IMG/VR virus record: IMGVR_UViG_3300042898_003434
Span: 1 to 64,000 of that record
Strand: one strand, 5' to 3'
Source of the DNA: a virus
DNA: 64,000 nt
Both the position numbers and the translations under genes were made by a program. Numbering within the stretch: position 1 is the first letter of the stretch; every line of letters begins with the position of its first letter. Positions 15,831 to 26,141 of this stretch are shown here, piece by piece. The notes below the pieces were generated by a model. That model was given only the letters and a program-made list of their open reading frames with translations, searched no databases and was not told the origin of the DNA.

Positions 15831-16559
15831 TTACTTGTTGACCTTGGTTAAGTAGTAATTCGCTTCGTACTCGTCAGTCTTGAAGTTGATACTCGCCAGA
15901 CCTGCGGAATTTACCTTTAGCACAGACCCAATCGTCCCACGATTCTTTAACAGTATTTCCTTGAAAAACATTGCGCTGAAACTAACCTCCTTGGCGGGTT
16001 TATCCTTTCCTGCCAACGGTGTTACTTCCAGACGAATGCGATTGTTATTTGCATCGCCGTCGCCAATCACAAGCTCAACTTTGTCGCCTTTCTTGTTTAA
16101 TCCAAGAGTAAAAGCAGCAACGTCAGGAAGTGCGTTTTTGGCTTTGACGAACCGTTCGATGAAAGACTCGGTTAACTCGATTTCCAAATCAAAATTACAA
16201 TTGGAGTTTACAGCTGGTACCTTTGGTATAACGGACATATCCGCCAACGTGATGATAGACTCGGTGTTCTTATCTGATATCGCAAAGCTGATTGCTCGGT
16301 CATCATCCAACTTATTTACAACAACTTCAATTTCTTCGTCCAAAATCCCAAGCATTTTCTTTAATTGAGCAGTGTCGTGCACACCATACTCTCCTTTTTC
16401 AATACTCAAGTTGTTGAACTTTATGTTACCAGCCATTGTACGGTCGTCCGCAACAATACCGGTTTTTAGATGCTTTCCGTCGGATTCGAACTTTACTCGC
16501 TCAATGTTTCCATTTAAGTTGTATAGCTCAATAAACTTTACTAGACTTGATTTATTCAT
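15831..16559 (-). CDS. DNA sliding clamp (gp45-like)
   Basis: 242 aa, between PolB and clamp loader; GEYGVHD..QL and C-terminal YYL pattern. Confidence 0.7.
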   Translation of the reverse strand: MNKSSLVKFIELYNLNGNIERVKFESDGKHLKTGIVADDRTMAGNIKFNNLSIEKGEYGVHDTAQLKKMLGILDEEIEVVVNKLDDDRAISFAISDKNTESIITLADMSVIPKVPAVNSNCNFDLEIELTESFIERFVKAKNALPDVAAFTLGLNKKGDKVELVIGDGDANNNRIRLEVTPLAGKDKPAKEVSFSAMFFKEILLKNRGTIGSVLKVNSAGLASINFKTDEYEANYYLTKVNK

Positions 16560-16565
16560 GGTGGT

Positions 16566-16593
16566 ATATTATTAAAAAGGGCGTCGATGTCAA
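16566..16593 (-). promoter_or_regulatory. sigma70-type promoter, leaderless
   Basis: TTGACA-16-TAATAT, ATG 6 nt downstream. Confidence 0.7.
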
Positions 16594-16596
16594 TAG

Positions 16597-19107
16597 TCAA
16601 TTAAAATTAAAAAACTCATCGATAGTCTCGGAGTTTTCACTGTACATGTTCCAACGTAGCGCGGCGTAAAAGTCTTTGAACTTACCTTCCAATTCAGAAT
16701 TCCAAATTCGGTTTCTGTCTATATATTTATTGATAAAATTCATAATCACCTCAGGATCTTTTCCATCATCCTTGAATGCCATGCCATCCAGACCGTATGG
16801 ATTTTCTCTAAGATATACCCACTTGATCTTTCCACCGTGCATGATAGGCTCGGTGTCGGCCAATTCAAACTTTTTAAGCATATCGTTATATGCCAATGCA
16901 GCTTTGCATTGAGCTGTAGAACCGTGAGCAAAATTAAACAATTCTCGATCTGTTGGATTAAAATTAGTCTGAGCCTCAGTAGCCGATATGAACTTAACCG
17001 ACGTATTCTTAGCAATATCTTCCAATGCAAATTCTCCCATTTGACTCTTGAATTCAACCACCTTTTTGTTAACTTCCGAGTTTGGGACACCCTTTAAAAT
17101 GTCGGTAAGCACACTCTTCATGAAATCTCTAAACTTTTTTGGGTAAGAAGAGCGTACAACGTCCAAGCCTTTGATTTCAATCTCTTCCACGTCTTTGTTT
17201 AGCTCCATGTTGTATACCTTGAACATGGCGTAGCGTTTCTTGACAACCCAGAATGCCGATTTAGCCACCACGTCAGATGCAATCTTGATACGATTGTCTG
17301 TGGAGTTGAAGAACCTGACCATCATTATTTTATAGAAGTTGTTTAGGTCGTCGGATACTTCACCAATCGTTTTTATCGCAAACGGCTTAACGTCTTCAAC
17401 TTTTTCGTAATTGGCGAGGGACTTTATGTCCAAATATAAACTATCCGTGTCAATGTAAACAACATAATCCTTATCTTTTGTATTGCAACGCTTATTAAAC
17501 TTATTATTTACATACTTGGCGCTAGTTTTGATGATCTCTTGTCCAGTAAGTGTAACCGCAGCTGCGTTATCCAAATCGTAAAATCTAAAAATACTCAATC
17601 CAAGCACGCCGTAGAGTGAGTTAAGCAAAATCTTCTGTACTTGTTGGCGTCGTTTCCAAAACGTAGTTCCTTCTTTGTCGCCTTTATCCGAGCATTCTTT
17701 CATCTTGTTCTTAAACTCGACACGCTCGGAAAACCATTTCTTTAGAATGTCCGGTACACAGCCGACCTTCTTTTGGTCATATACAACACCGTTGGCACTC
17801 ACGGATAGATTGTATTCCACCATAAGCTTTGCGAAATCTTCGTAAGTATACAGCTCGTTATCAAAGATTATCTTGTCGGAACTATGCTTGACAAGCTTCT
17901 CACTATCCCAGTCTTTGATAACAGCAACCTTGGTTTCTGGGCTGATATTTAGACTCATGATCACGGACGGATACAGAGAATTGATGTCCGCACTGCAAAT
18001 CCAATCATAGCGGCCGGGTATAGGGTCTTTTACATACGCACCTTCAAACCCAACATCACCGTCCAGTTTGTCGTCGTCGGGTTTTTCGACCTCAATCTTC
18101 TTGTTCGGAGCAACCATCTTCTTTCTGCGAAGATATGTGAGCAATGCGCCCTCAAGAATTTTAGACGATACGCTAAATTCTTCGTATCCAGTGTGGCAAA
18201 CATGGCAAATGCTTTGTGCAAGCTCGATAAACTGCAACTGGTCGTTCATTTTCTTGACCAGAATAACGTCGTGTAAGTTGTATTCTATAAACTTCTTAAT
18301 ATCGGTCCTTTTCAAATTATCGATAGAACCTTCGAATTCAACTTTACCGATCTTCAATTCTTCTTTTGCGACGGTGTCGAGCCGATAATTGGTAAGACTC
18401 TTGCCGCTATACTTCTTATACAACAGCAGGTAATCTAAGCAGTTTATACCCGCAATCGTCATCTTGTTCTTATATTTATTCCAATAACAAATATTTATAG
18501 GAGACAGTTCACTCGCGGCTTCTTCACCGAGTGCTACAACCATACGAGCGTGCAAGTATGGAAAGTCGAAGCCGTCAATATTCCACCCGCTGGCAATAGT
18601 AGGATTTATTTCTCGCCATTTTTTTAAGAATTCAATTAATAAATCTTGTTCGGTACGAAATGCAATGACACTGCTATTATCTTTTTCCTCGTTACTCACA
18701 TTACCGTCTTCATCGAGAACAAGGCAATAATAGCGATTATTCTTGGCATCATATAACGCTATGGCGGTGATTTTCTTTTGTGGGTCTTGTATGTTTGGAT
18801 AACCACCGACAGAATCAACTTCGATATCTATGACTGCAATACGATGATTTACGCTAATTTCATCACTTTCTCCGTATGCATCTACCAACACTCTTGTATC
18901 TAGTGGAACGTCGGATTCAAACAAGTTTGGATCGCGAGGATTATATCTTTCAACACGCTCAAGCTTATCACCGTAAATAGATGTATACTTACCATCTCTA
19001 GCCTTCTTGAAGGCGTATGGCTTAAACTTAAATGATGTATATGAGTGTACGTCGTCCCACAAGTGTACGATACCTGTTTTTCTGTCGCAATATATTGATT
19101 GGTACAT
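16597..19107 (-). CDS. family B DNA polymerase (gp43-like)
   Basis: Exo motifs DIEV, GWNIDGFD, YNLHD; Pol motifs DINSLYPS, KILLNSLYG, YIDTDS, KKRY. Confidence 0.97.
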   Translation of the reverse strand: MYQSIYCDRKTGIVHLWDDVHSYTSFKFKPYAFKKARDGKYTSIYGDKLERVERYNPRDPNLFESDVPLDTRVLVDAYGESDEISVNHRIAVIDIEVDSVGGYPNIQDPQKKITAIALYDAKNNRYYCLVLDEDGNVSNEEKDNSSVIAFRTEQDLLIEFLKKWREINPTIASGWNIDGFDFPYLHARMVVALGEEAASELSPINICYWNKYKNKMTIAGINCLDYLLLYKKYSGKSLTNYRLDTVAKEELKIGKVEFEGSIDNLKRTDIKKFIEYNLHDVILVKKMNDQLQFIELAQSICHVCHTGYEEFSVSSKILEGALLTYLRRKKMVAPNKKIEVEKPDDDKLDGDVGFEGAYVKDPIPGRYDWICSADINSLYPSVIMSLNISPETKVAVIKDWDSEKLVKHSSDKIIFDNELYTYEDFAKLMVEYNLSVSANGVVYDQKKVGCVPDILKKWFSERVEFKNKMKECSDKGDKEGTTFWKRRQQVQKILLNSLYGVLGLSIFRFYDLDNAAAVTLTGQEIIKTSAKYVNNKFNKRCNTKDKDYVVYIDTDSLYLDIKSLANYEKVEDVKPFAIKTIGEVSDDLNNFYKIMMVRFFNSTDNRIKIASDVVAKSAFWVVKKRYAMFKVYNMELNKDVEEIEIKGLDVVRSSYPKKFRDFMKSVLTDILKGVPNSEVNKKVVEFKSQMGEFALEDIAKNTSVKFISATEAQTNFNPTDRELFNFAHGSTAQCKAALAYNDMLKKFELADTEPIMHGGKIKWVYLRENPYGLDGMAFKDDGKDPEVIMNFINKYIDRNRIWNSELEGKFKDFYAALRWNMYSENSETIDEFFNFN

Positions 19108-19113
19108 ATTGAT

Positions 19114-19141
19114 ATACTACAAGTGTCCAGTAGATTGTCAA
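19114..19141 (-). promoter_or_regulatory. sigma70-type promoter, leaderless
   Basis: TTGACA-16-TAGTAT, ATG 6 nt downstream. Confidence 0.7.
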
Positions 19142-19168
19142 GACCCGTTCAAAGAACAATCATAAATT

Positions 19169-19615
19169 TCATATGGTAATAACACTGTCGAACCCCTCTG
19201 CCTTTGTGGGTGAATGCAGTTTATTAGCTTGTTTGTCTATAACAAACTCTGGAACTTTACGAGTTCTGTGTGAATTTTGTTGTTTTGCCACATCAACCGG
19301 CGTATCAATAAAATACGCTCGCACCTCTGCATTATTTACCTTTCCAATTTCGATCCAGTCCTTACGGTCTTTTACACTAAGACTTGTGGCGTCGATTATT
19401 GTATTCTTTCCTTGAGAAAGAGAATTATCTACGCGGTGTTTTGCAACATCAAATACCCTGCCGTTTTGTGTTTGATCTCCGGCGTCTCCCGTCAACTCTT
19501 GGCGTATCGCATCAGTCTCAATCAATTGAGCATTTAAAGATGTCTTTAGTCCATTGGCATAGGTGGTTTTTCCGGAGCCGCTAATGCCAATCATTACTGC
19601 TAAAATAGGTTTCAT
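19169..19615 (-). CDS. P-loop polynucleotide kinase (AAA_33-like)
   Basis: GISGSGKTT, D.IRQEL, IIDAT, R.RKVP; promoter TTGACA-16-TATTCT at 19623-19650. Confidence 0.85.
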   Translation of the reverse strand: MKPILAVMIGISGSGKTTYANGLKTSLNAQLIETDAIRQELTGDAGDQTQNGRVFDVAKHRVDNSLSQGKNTIIDATSLSVKDRKDWIEIGKVNNAEVRAYFIDTPVDVAKQQNSHRTRKVPEFVIDKQANKLHSPTKAEGFDSVITI

Positions 19616-19669
19616 TTTGCACAGAATAGACCAGTTTTATTAAATGTCAACTAATCTATGAATCAACCG

Positions 19670-19990
19670 TTATTTATTTTTGTCTTCTTGGGATTCTTCT
19701 TTTTTACTGTCAATTCTATCCTTCTTGGTTTCGTCGGGTGCGGTAGTTTTGTCCGGTCTATAACATCTTTTTAATTTCCATCCCATCGTCGGACTTAATT
19801 CAAAATAAAATATCGTGCATTTCTTTGGTAAATTTGCAATAGTTGCACCGACAAAATTCAATGACCCGTATGAAACCGGCTCGCCCATGTCAGAATCGTA
19901 TAAAGCATATGTCGAAGCGTCTAATTTAAAATTAAAAAATGTAACTTCCCTTACGTCAATTTTTTTGAAATGCAATGGTTTTTGTTTCAT
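19670..19990 (-). CDS. hypothetical protein
   Basis: 106-aa ORF, TATTTATA motif 4 nt upstream. Confidence 0.65.
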   Translation of the reverse strand: MKQKPLHFKKIDVREVTFFNFKLDASTYALYDSDMGEPVSYGSLNFVGATIANLPKKCTIFYFELSPTMGWKLKRCYRPDKTTAPDETKKDRIDSKKEESQEDKNK

Positions 19991-20003
19991 AATATATAAA
20001 TAG

Positions 20004-20038
20004 AAAACCGCCGAAGTTTTTACGCTTCGGCGGTTTTA
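20004..20038. terminator. intrinsic terminator
   Basis: AAAACCGCCGAAG/CTTCGGCGGTTTT. Confidence 0.8.
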
Positions 20039-20061
20039 ATATAACCATTTATCCAACCAAA

Positions 20062-20448
20062 TTATACAGCAGCTTGATTGATAACTTGACTCTTGGTAGA
20101 GTCGATAGCAACTTCTGTTGTTTGTTTGACGGAAGTAGAGGCTTTTACGTCGCCAACAGCAACCGTGGCCCTCGGCGAATCTGTGGAAATAACACCCGCA
20201 GCGGTTGCAGCGGCTAGAACTTCCTCGGACGGGTTGGCCTTGGTATACACCTTACGCGGTCGACCAATTGCTGGCTTGATCTTGCCGATCAGCACGATCT
20301 CTTTTGCTTCTTCGGCTTTCTTTACGCGGAAGCGCAGAGTGATGTTAATGGCGGCTGGATATTTTACCTGAATATCCTCGATTGTAAAATGGCTTTCTGG
20401 CCATTCGATATTTGTGCGACTCTTTTCTGTTTTATTATTTTTTAACAT
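20062..20448 (-). CDS. putative winged-helix DNA-binding protein
   Basis: FTIEDI...ITLRFRV...IGRPRKVY wing motif. Confidence 0.5.
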   Translation of the reverse strand: MLKNNKTEKSRTNIEWPESHFTIEDIQVKYPAAINITLRFRVKKAEEAKEIVLIGKIKPAIGRPRKVYTKANPSEEVLAAATAAGVISTDSPRATVAVGDVKASTSVKQTTEVAIDSTKSQVINQAAV

Positions 20449-20507
20449 AATTTTATTAATGTTTAATGTTTAATGTTTACTGCGATTATTAGTTATACAA
20501 CTAAAGT

Positions 20508-21854
20508 TTAGAGACTGGCGTCTTCACCACGACTATAACCGTCGCGGTATCCATCTTTGAAATTCTGACTGTAATATTTGTTCAGCGAGAAACCGAACCC
20601 ATGTCCATGGTCGAAATCACGTTGGCCAGTCGAGAATCCAACGCGGAATTCTTCTTCCGCAGGTGAATCTTTGGCGGAATCTTCAGTATGATACTCGCCG
20701 GTGAAATATTGCTCATTAGACAGTTGCGATGCGTCGGTTTCTTTATCGGAATCACAACTGCAATTATCGCAGTTGTGATTGTCACCACAATTATCATGAG
20801 ACCCATCTTCCGCAGATTTAGTAAATTCGGGTGAATTGTATTCTTCACCAAAATAACCATCCTCGTATCCGCTCGCATAATCGCCGCCACGGGCGGTATC
20901 CAAACTATAACCATACAAACGGTGATCTAGTGTATCACTTTCGCCCACCGCATAACCTTCATCGTAAGGACCAACGCCACCGTCACCATCATGCGATTCA
21001 TCATGCTCGGACTCTTCTTCACAACTCGTTTCGTCATATGTGCGGTCTGGATCTAGATTTTCTGCATTGCTCGTATAAACAACCTTATCTAGCTCTTTTA
21101 CGATGTCTTTAATCTCGGAAACAACCAAATATTGGGTTACGCGCATCTTTGGGTGATTTTCATACTTTGGAACGCTCACAACGTCTTTTGGGTTGACCTT
21201 GACAATAAGCAGTCGATTGCCATTTACGTTAATTTCCGCACCCTTGACAAAGTGTCCATATTGAACAACGTAATCAAGAGCGCCGACATGCAGACCAGTG
21301 GAGCAATCACGCTCGTAATTTTCGTCAACCATGTTACGTGGAATAGATGGAGCACAGCCAACACGGTTGTCGAGCTTGCCACTATAAATATCCATATAGT
21401 CATTCCGAACTGCCTTGTATGCAAGGAAGCAACCATCGTCGGTTATTGGAAGACCATAATTCTCAAGGAATGTATAGGTTTCATTAACCGCACGATTACT
21501 TGGATTTTGCATGAGATTCTCAAGAAATTTGACCATGTGATCAAACTTGAATCCTTCGTGCATCATCGACAAGATACGATTGGTTAAGGTATTGTGCAGA
21601 GGGAATGAACCATAGAAAACTTGACCGTTTTGCACGGTAATTTGTCCACTGGCATACTGCGTTACTGCTTTCGCGATGTTGACAAGATTTTCAATAATGT
21701 CAAACTCGCCTTTCTTTAGCGCCTCGACTATCTTATTATAGTTTGGATGGTCGTTAGCAACAGTCAAGCACTCATCTTTTAGAAAAAGTGTGACGGAACC
21801 GTTTGTTTTGATGACGTATGGGATATTATTTTTCATGGTATTTTTATTTAACAA
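20508..21854 (-). CDS. rIIB: rIIB-like protein with acidic C-terminal extension
   Basis: PITDDGCFLAYK, CSTGLHVG, VKVNPKDVVSVP, KMRV; follows rIIA; promoter at 21861-21888 (start TTG 21854 or ATG 21836). Confidence 0.85.
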   Translation of the reverse strand: MLNKNTMKNNIPYVIKTNGSVTLFLKDECLTVANDHPNYNKIVEALKKGEFDIIENLVNIAKAVTQYASGQITVQNGQVFYGSFPLHNTLTNRILSMMHEGFKFDHMVKFLENLMQNPSNRAVNETYTFLENYGLPITDDGCFLAYKAVRNDYMDIYSGKLDNRVGCAPSIPRNMVDENYERDCSTGLHVGALDYVVQYGHFVKGAEINVNGNRLLIVKVNPKDVVSVPKYENHPKMRVTQYLVVSEIKDIVKELDKVVYTSNAENLDPDRTYDETSCEEESEHDESHDGDGGVGPYDEGYAVGESDTLDHRLYGYSLDTARGGDYASGYEDGYFGEEYNSPEFTKSAEDGSHDNCGDNHNCDNCSCDSDKETDASQLSNEQYFTGEYHTEDSAKDSPAEEEFRVGFSTGQRDFDHGHGFGFSLNKYYSQNFKDGYRDGYSRGEDASL

Positions 21855-21895
21855 AGTGATATATTATGTACGTTTTATAGTTTGTCAACTATATT

Positions 21896-24061
21896 TTATG
21901 ATTTTTCGTCAATAAAGTTTATAATATTTGCCAATGCGTTTAAAGAATTGTATTCTCCGGCAATTTCAAAGATGTCCATATATTTTGTTTCCAACGTTTT
22001 GGAAAATTCTAAAAAGTCAAAGTCAAAATCTTTCGGTTTTTCTGCTTCGATGTCAAATACATTATAAAATACAATACTGCGGCTGGAACGATGCACAGCG
22101 TTGTTGTAGAGTTTATAAAACTTTGTGAGCATAGATTTTGTGGCCGGGTTTTTTATATTGGGAATGATATAGCTGTTGCGGTTCAGTTTATCATACACGC
22201 CGTTTAAAAAACGAAGATTGTCGTACAACGAACTATTAAACAATTCATTCGCATAAACAGATTTATTTTGTTGGATATGATCGTTGACTGCATCAAATAC
22301 GTTGATCCACGTTCCTACTTTACGAAGACGGTTGTTTGTTTTATTGATGCCATACACCACATCGACACTATTATTGAGTTTGTTTGCAACGAAAATTTTA
22401 AAAACTTCTTGTAAAACACCGGATGTCTGTTTTCCTTTCCACATATCAGGCGATTCTCTAACTAAATCAATATAATAATACGTCTGTGATGGATCAATTG
22501 TAGCTTTTACACGGCGGCACGATTGATCGGTTAGTGAATATGTAATTACACTGTTGGTGATTGTCTCACGTTTCTCGCGTGGCTTAGACGGTACTTTTGG
22601 TAACGTGTCAACGTCGACCATCCACTCATCCTTCCATCCAAAATATTTTTTATGCGCGTTCAACGTTGCAAAATTGGCAGATTGATCGGATATAACAAAG
22701 CACGACGGTACGTTATCAAACGTGTATTTAGAATTGATATAATGTAAGATGCGAGAATTTTTCACGGCTTCTTTTCCTGTAAAAAAGAAAACATACTCCC
22801 GATTTAAATCGGCAGACGGATAGTATGTCTGACACTTTCTGATTGTGTGTTTTCCATTGATAAGATCGATGGAAAAAAACTTGAATGGAGGAAGGAACCC
22901 TACGGTATCACGGCACTTAGTTTCGGAGTGAACAAAATTTACGCTCTGACCTCGTCCGTTTATGATATTACCGTTAAACTTAACGTCAATTCCACCAATA
23001 ACATACTGAAGGTTTTTTAGATCAGAATCACCGTCGTTGTATTTGTGATAAATAGCCATAGCTTCCCACCGCGTTGTTGGGATTTCAACGGAAGAATGTA
23101 CCGTCTGTTTCAATTCTTCATATGCAGTGGCGATGGCTTCAATTATCCTAGCAACGGTCTTATTGTTGTCGTCATATTGAAGTTGCTCTTTGTTTGGGGC
23201 AACGTCAAGATCGCCGATATTAAAAAATAAATCGACCCCGCCGCTTGTAAGCAATGTTTCCAACTTATAGTTGGATTCGCTCGACTTGCTAAGATAAAGC
23301 GCATTTCTGATAGCAGTTGTGCTAATTGGATAACAGTAGTTGCCCATAATAGCGTTGCAATTTTTTGCAGAAAAAGAATGTGGCGATTGAGCCGATGTCC
23401 GACACGCCCAGTTTTTTCCCTTATATGAATAAACTCGTTCGGGGTAAACAATGTTTGCCCCCTTGATGATGGGACGGTTGCGGAAAGGTTCAAATGCGCG
23501 TGTAATCTTATCCACAAACATAGAAATATCTGATATCTTAACTCCAAACTTGACTTCCAAACCGGAGTGTTCGGTAGAAGCGGACGAGCTAACATGCATG
23601 ATGTTCGGGCTGCCAGCCTCATCAATAAAGCAGTTGTATACGTTCTTTTCACCGCCAAACCAACTAGTAACTGTAAAATTCTCGGTATAATTGAATGGGG
23701 TCTTGCTACCAAGGCCCATACAACCATCGCTGTCGTTATCGTTGGTCTTGGTAGACTCAAAATATGTGGTATAAATAGTGTCAACGTGTGCTGCCGAAAG
23801 GCCAGTACCAAAGTCACGAACAGAGAACCACGGTTCGAGTGTGTTTGGGGCATGAACTTCAAACATCCTACCAGTGTTACCGGCTTTTACGTGAGAGTCC
23901 CATGCATTGGCACCCAGTTCACGTGGAATGGCCAGAATTGGCTCGGAATAGAAGCCAGACAGGATTTTAAACGCCTTTGCAGACGCCTTGATCTTAAAAC
24001 GAGATGGCGCAGAGGCAATACTCGTGATTACGGGGGATGATGTTGCTTCGGTGATGATCAT
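21896..24061 (-). CDS. rIIA: rIIA-like protein (GHKL ATPase N-terminus)
   Basis: RELGANAWDSH, VRDFGTGLS, STK...GCMGLGSK; promoter TTGACT-16-TAGAGT at 24087-24114. Confidence 0.85.
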   Translation of the reverse strand: MIITEATSSPVITSIASAPSRFKIKASAKAFKILSGFYSEPILAIPRELGANAWDSHVKAGNTGRMFEVHAPNTLEPWFSVRDFGTGLSAAHVDTIYTTYFESTKTNDNDSDGCMGLGSKTPFNYTENFTVTSWFGGEKNVYNCFIDEAGSPNIMHVSSSASTEHSGLEVKFGVKISDISMFVDKITRAFEPFRNRPIIKGANIVYPERVYSYKGKNWACRTSAQSPHSFSAKNCNAIMGNYCYPISTTAIRNALYLSKSSESNYKLETLLTSGGVDLFFNIGDLDVAPNKEQLQYDDNNKTVARIIEAIATAYEELKQTVHSSVEIPTTRWEAMAIYHKYNDGDSDLKNLQYVIGGIDVKFNGNIINGRGQSVNFVHSETKCRDTVGFLPPFKFFSIDLINGKHTIRKCQTYYPSADLNREYVFFFTGKEAVKNSRILHYINSKYTFDNVPSCFVISDQSANFATLNAHKKYFGWKDEWMVDVDTLPKVPSKPREKRETITNSVITYSLTDQSCRRVKATIDPSQTYYYIDLVRESPDMWKGKQTSGVLQEVFKIFVANKLNNSVDVVYGINKTNNRLRKVGTWINVFDAVNDHIQQNKSVYANELFNSSLYDNLRFLNGVYDKLNRNSYIIPNIKNPATKSMLTKFYKLYNNAVHRSSRSIVFYNVFDIEAEKPKDFDFDFLEFSKTLETKYMDIFEIAGEYNSLNALANIINFIDEKS

Positions 24062-24143
24062 AGGTTTATTTTTTAACTATGACCAAACTCTACCACACGA
24101 ATATAAAAAGTCAAGTAGTTTTTAAAAAAAGTTGGTACTTTTA

Positions 24144-26141
24144 TTATTTTTTTTGCAGAAACTTCTTATTTAAAGTATTTGCAATATCCATCATATTTTC
24201 CAAATTTATGAAATGAGAGTCATTGCCATACATCTGTGTAAAAATGTCTTTATTGGAAAATTGACCTGCAAGAGCAAACATTGGTCGATTCTCGGCTCCT
24301 ATAAAATAACTAGTTACGTAAACTCCCATTTTACGAATAGTGTTTATTTGTTTACGAGTATGAAGCGCAGCAATCACACCGCTGTATCTACCACGTTGGA
24401 AATATGGCTCGCCGTCGGATATGTTTACAAAATAACTATCTAGCGTTGGGGTGGATGGTTCTATCATATCAAGAATGGCTTCAAATGCCAATCCTTCGGG
24501 GGTTGTACCCGATGGGAAAATTTTTGAAAACAAGTTATTTATTTTACTAAGCTTATCAACTCGGCTGTCATATGCAATAACAACATATGGTTTTTCACTG
24601 TTCTCTCTTTCGATGCCACTGCGGAACGAAATAGTAACCCCCAAATTACTCGTGGTAGACGCCGCTTTGGCAATTGCAACCAAAGTTTTCATTGTAATTT
24701 TCCAATTTGCTTCCATAGAACTAGAGGCGTCAACCGACACATGTACATGCGCATTTTTATATATGTCCGTCGTCATTCGATAAAATACATCTTCTTTCTC
24801 AAACCCAAGTCCATATACCATTCGACGATCAAACTTACCTTGTATCTGTTTATTATATTTTAATGTTTTTACCTCGCCTCGAACTTGCAATTTTGCACCG
24901 AGCATTGCTCCAGCCATCATACCTTCTCGCACCGAGTCACTGTGGTTGCTTGTCAATGCAGCGATAGTATATTTATTTATCCCGCTGTAAGGAAATCCAT
25001 CCGACTTCATCAACTCTGAGGTCATTTTTTTCACAACAATACATTCGACTGAATAGTGTGGTCCGATTCCCACAGTTTTTATTTCCACACCGTTCTTTTC
25101 CAACTCTTCTAACGCTCTCAACGACTTCGAATCAATTGACTTCTGTTTTATTTGACGATTTATAAATTCGTCTTGTTTTTCTACGGTGGATTTTAGATCC
25201 GCTTCTGCTTTTGCGTCTTTGTCGTCGGACGACTCCTCACTCGGATGCTCAGCGGGGTCGTCGTTGGTCGATTGTTCATTATCGCTTGAGGCTGTGGGCG
25301 ATTGGTCGTTTCGTAGAGAATCTTCTTTACCCGAACTATTATCTTTTTCACCGGAAGATTCCGACTTTTCGTCACTCTTCGATTTTTCTTTTTTCTTGCT
25401 GTCCTCTTCCATCTTAGAAGCAACATTTTGAAAAATAATTTCACACACATCGATGGTGGTTTCAAATCTGTCCATAAACGTTCCCAGTCTAAGTATAGAA
25501 TCAACCGCCAACATTTCACTTATCTTTCTTAAATCCGGCAATGCATCTGGGTCGGAGTTTTTATTTACTAGATTTACAATTCTAAATTTGTATGCAAAGA
25601 GTGTGCATTTTCTTAATGCGTCCGATTTTAATGCTTTGTTTATCTTTGGAGTATTGAAATATTTATCATACAAAGCATCGTAATATCCTTTGTAGCCCGG
25701 TGCCGTTTCACATGCATATGCATCAATATATCTATCCTCTACAACATTCAACATATACTTCACAAAATCTGCAACAAATGATTTTGAAAATTTACCATCG
25801 GTCAATGTATAAATTCTCGTAGGAATTTTTTGCCATAGATTTTTTAATGTCGTAAAATCCGATTTTACAATATGCATTGCCTCGTGCAAAGATAATCCGA
25901 CGGTAGAATCAACTTCGCCTTTGGAAAGTTCCCCCCCGATGTAAATTACTTTGCCGTCCGTCAACGAAGTTAATTTTTCCGTGAATTTAACAGGAATATT
26001 TTTTCCTGTAAGAATATAAACAAAGTTGGATACAGCTCTTCTATATGCTGCCAACTTTATTAAATCTAAATCTTGGTTGGTGTCTGTTACAGAAAAATCT
26101 CCATCTAACCAAAACTTAGAATGTTTTGCTTTATCTTTCAT
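24144..26141 (-). CDS. CobT-like metallopeptidase-fold / vWA protein
   Basis: HEAMH and NVVEDRYI; acidic linker; MIDAS DASSSM, GTTP, ISDGEP. Confidence 0.85.
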   Translation of the reverse strand: MKDKAKHSKFWLDGDFSVTDTNQDLDLIKLAAYRRAVSNFVYILTGKNIPVKFTEKLTSLTDGKVIYIGGELSKGEVDSTVGLSLHEAMHIVKSDFTTLKNLWQKIPTRIYTLTDGKFSKSFVADFVKYMLNVVEDRYIDAYACETAPGYKGYYDALYDKYFNTPKINKALKSDALRKCTLFAYKFRIVNLVNKNSDPDALPDLRKISEMLAVDSILRLGTFMDRFETTIDVCEIIFQNVASKMEEDSKKKEKSKSDEKSESSGEKDNSSGKEDSLRNDQSPTASSDNEQSTNDDPAEHPSEESSDDKDAKAEADLKSTVEKQDEFINRQIKQKSIDSKSLRALEELEKNGVEIKTVGIGPHYSVECIVVKKMTSELMKSDGFPYSGINKYTIAALTSNHSDSVREGMMAGAMLGAKLQVRGEVKTLKYNKQIQGKFDRRMVYGLGFEKEDVFYRMTTDIYKNAHVHVSVDASSSMEANWKITMKTLVAIAKAASTTSNLGVTISFRSGIERENSEKPYVVIAYDSRVDKLSKINNLFSKIFPSGTTPEGLAFEAILDMIEPSTPTLDSYFVNISDGEPYFQRGRYSGVIAALHTRKQINTIRKMGVYVTSYFIGAENRPMFALAGQFSNKDIFTQMYGNDSHFINLENMMDIANTLNKKFLQKK

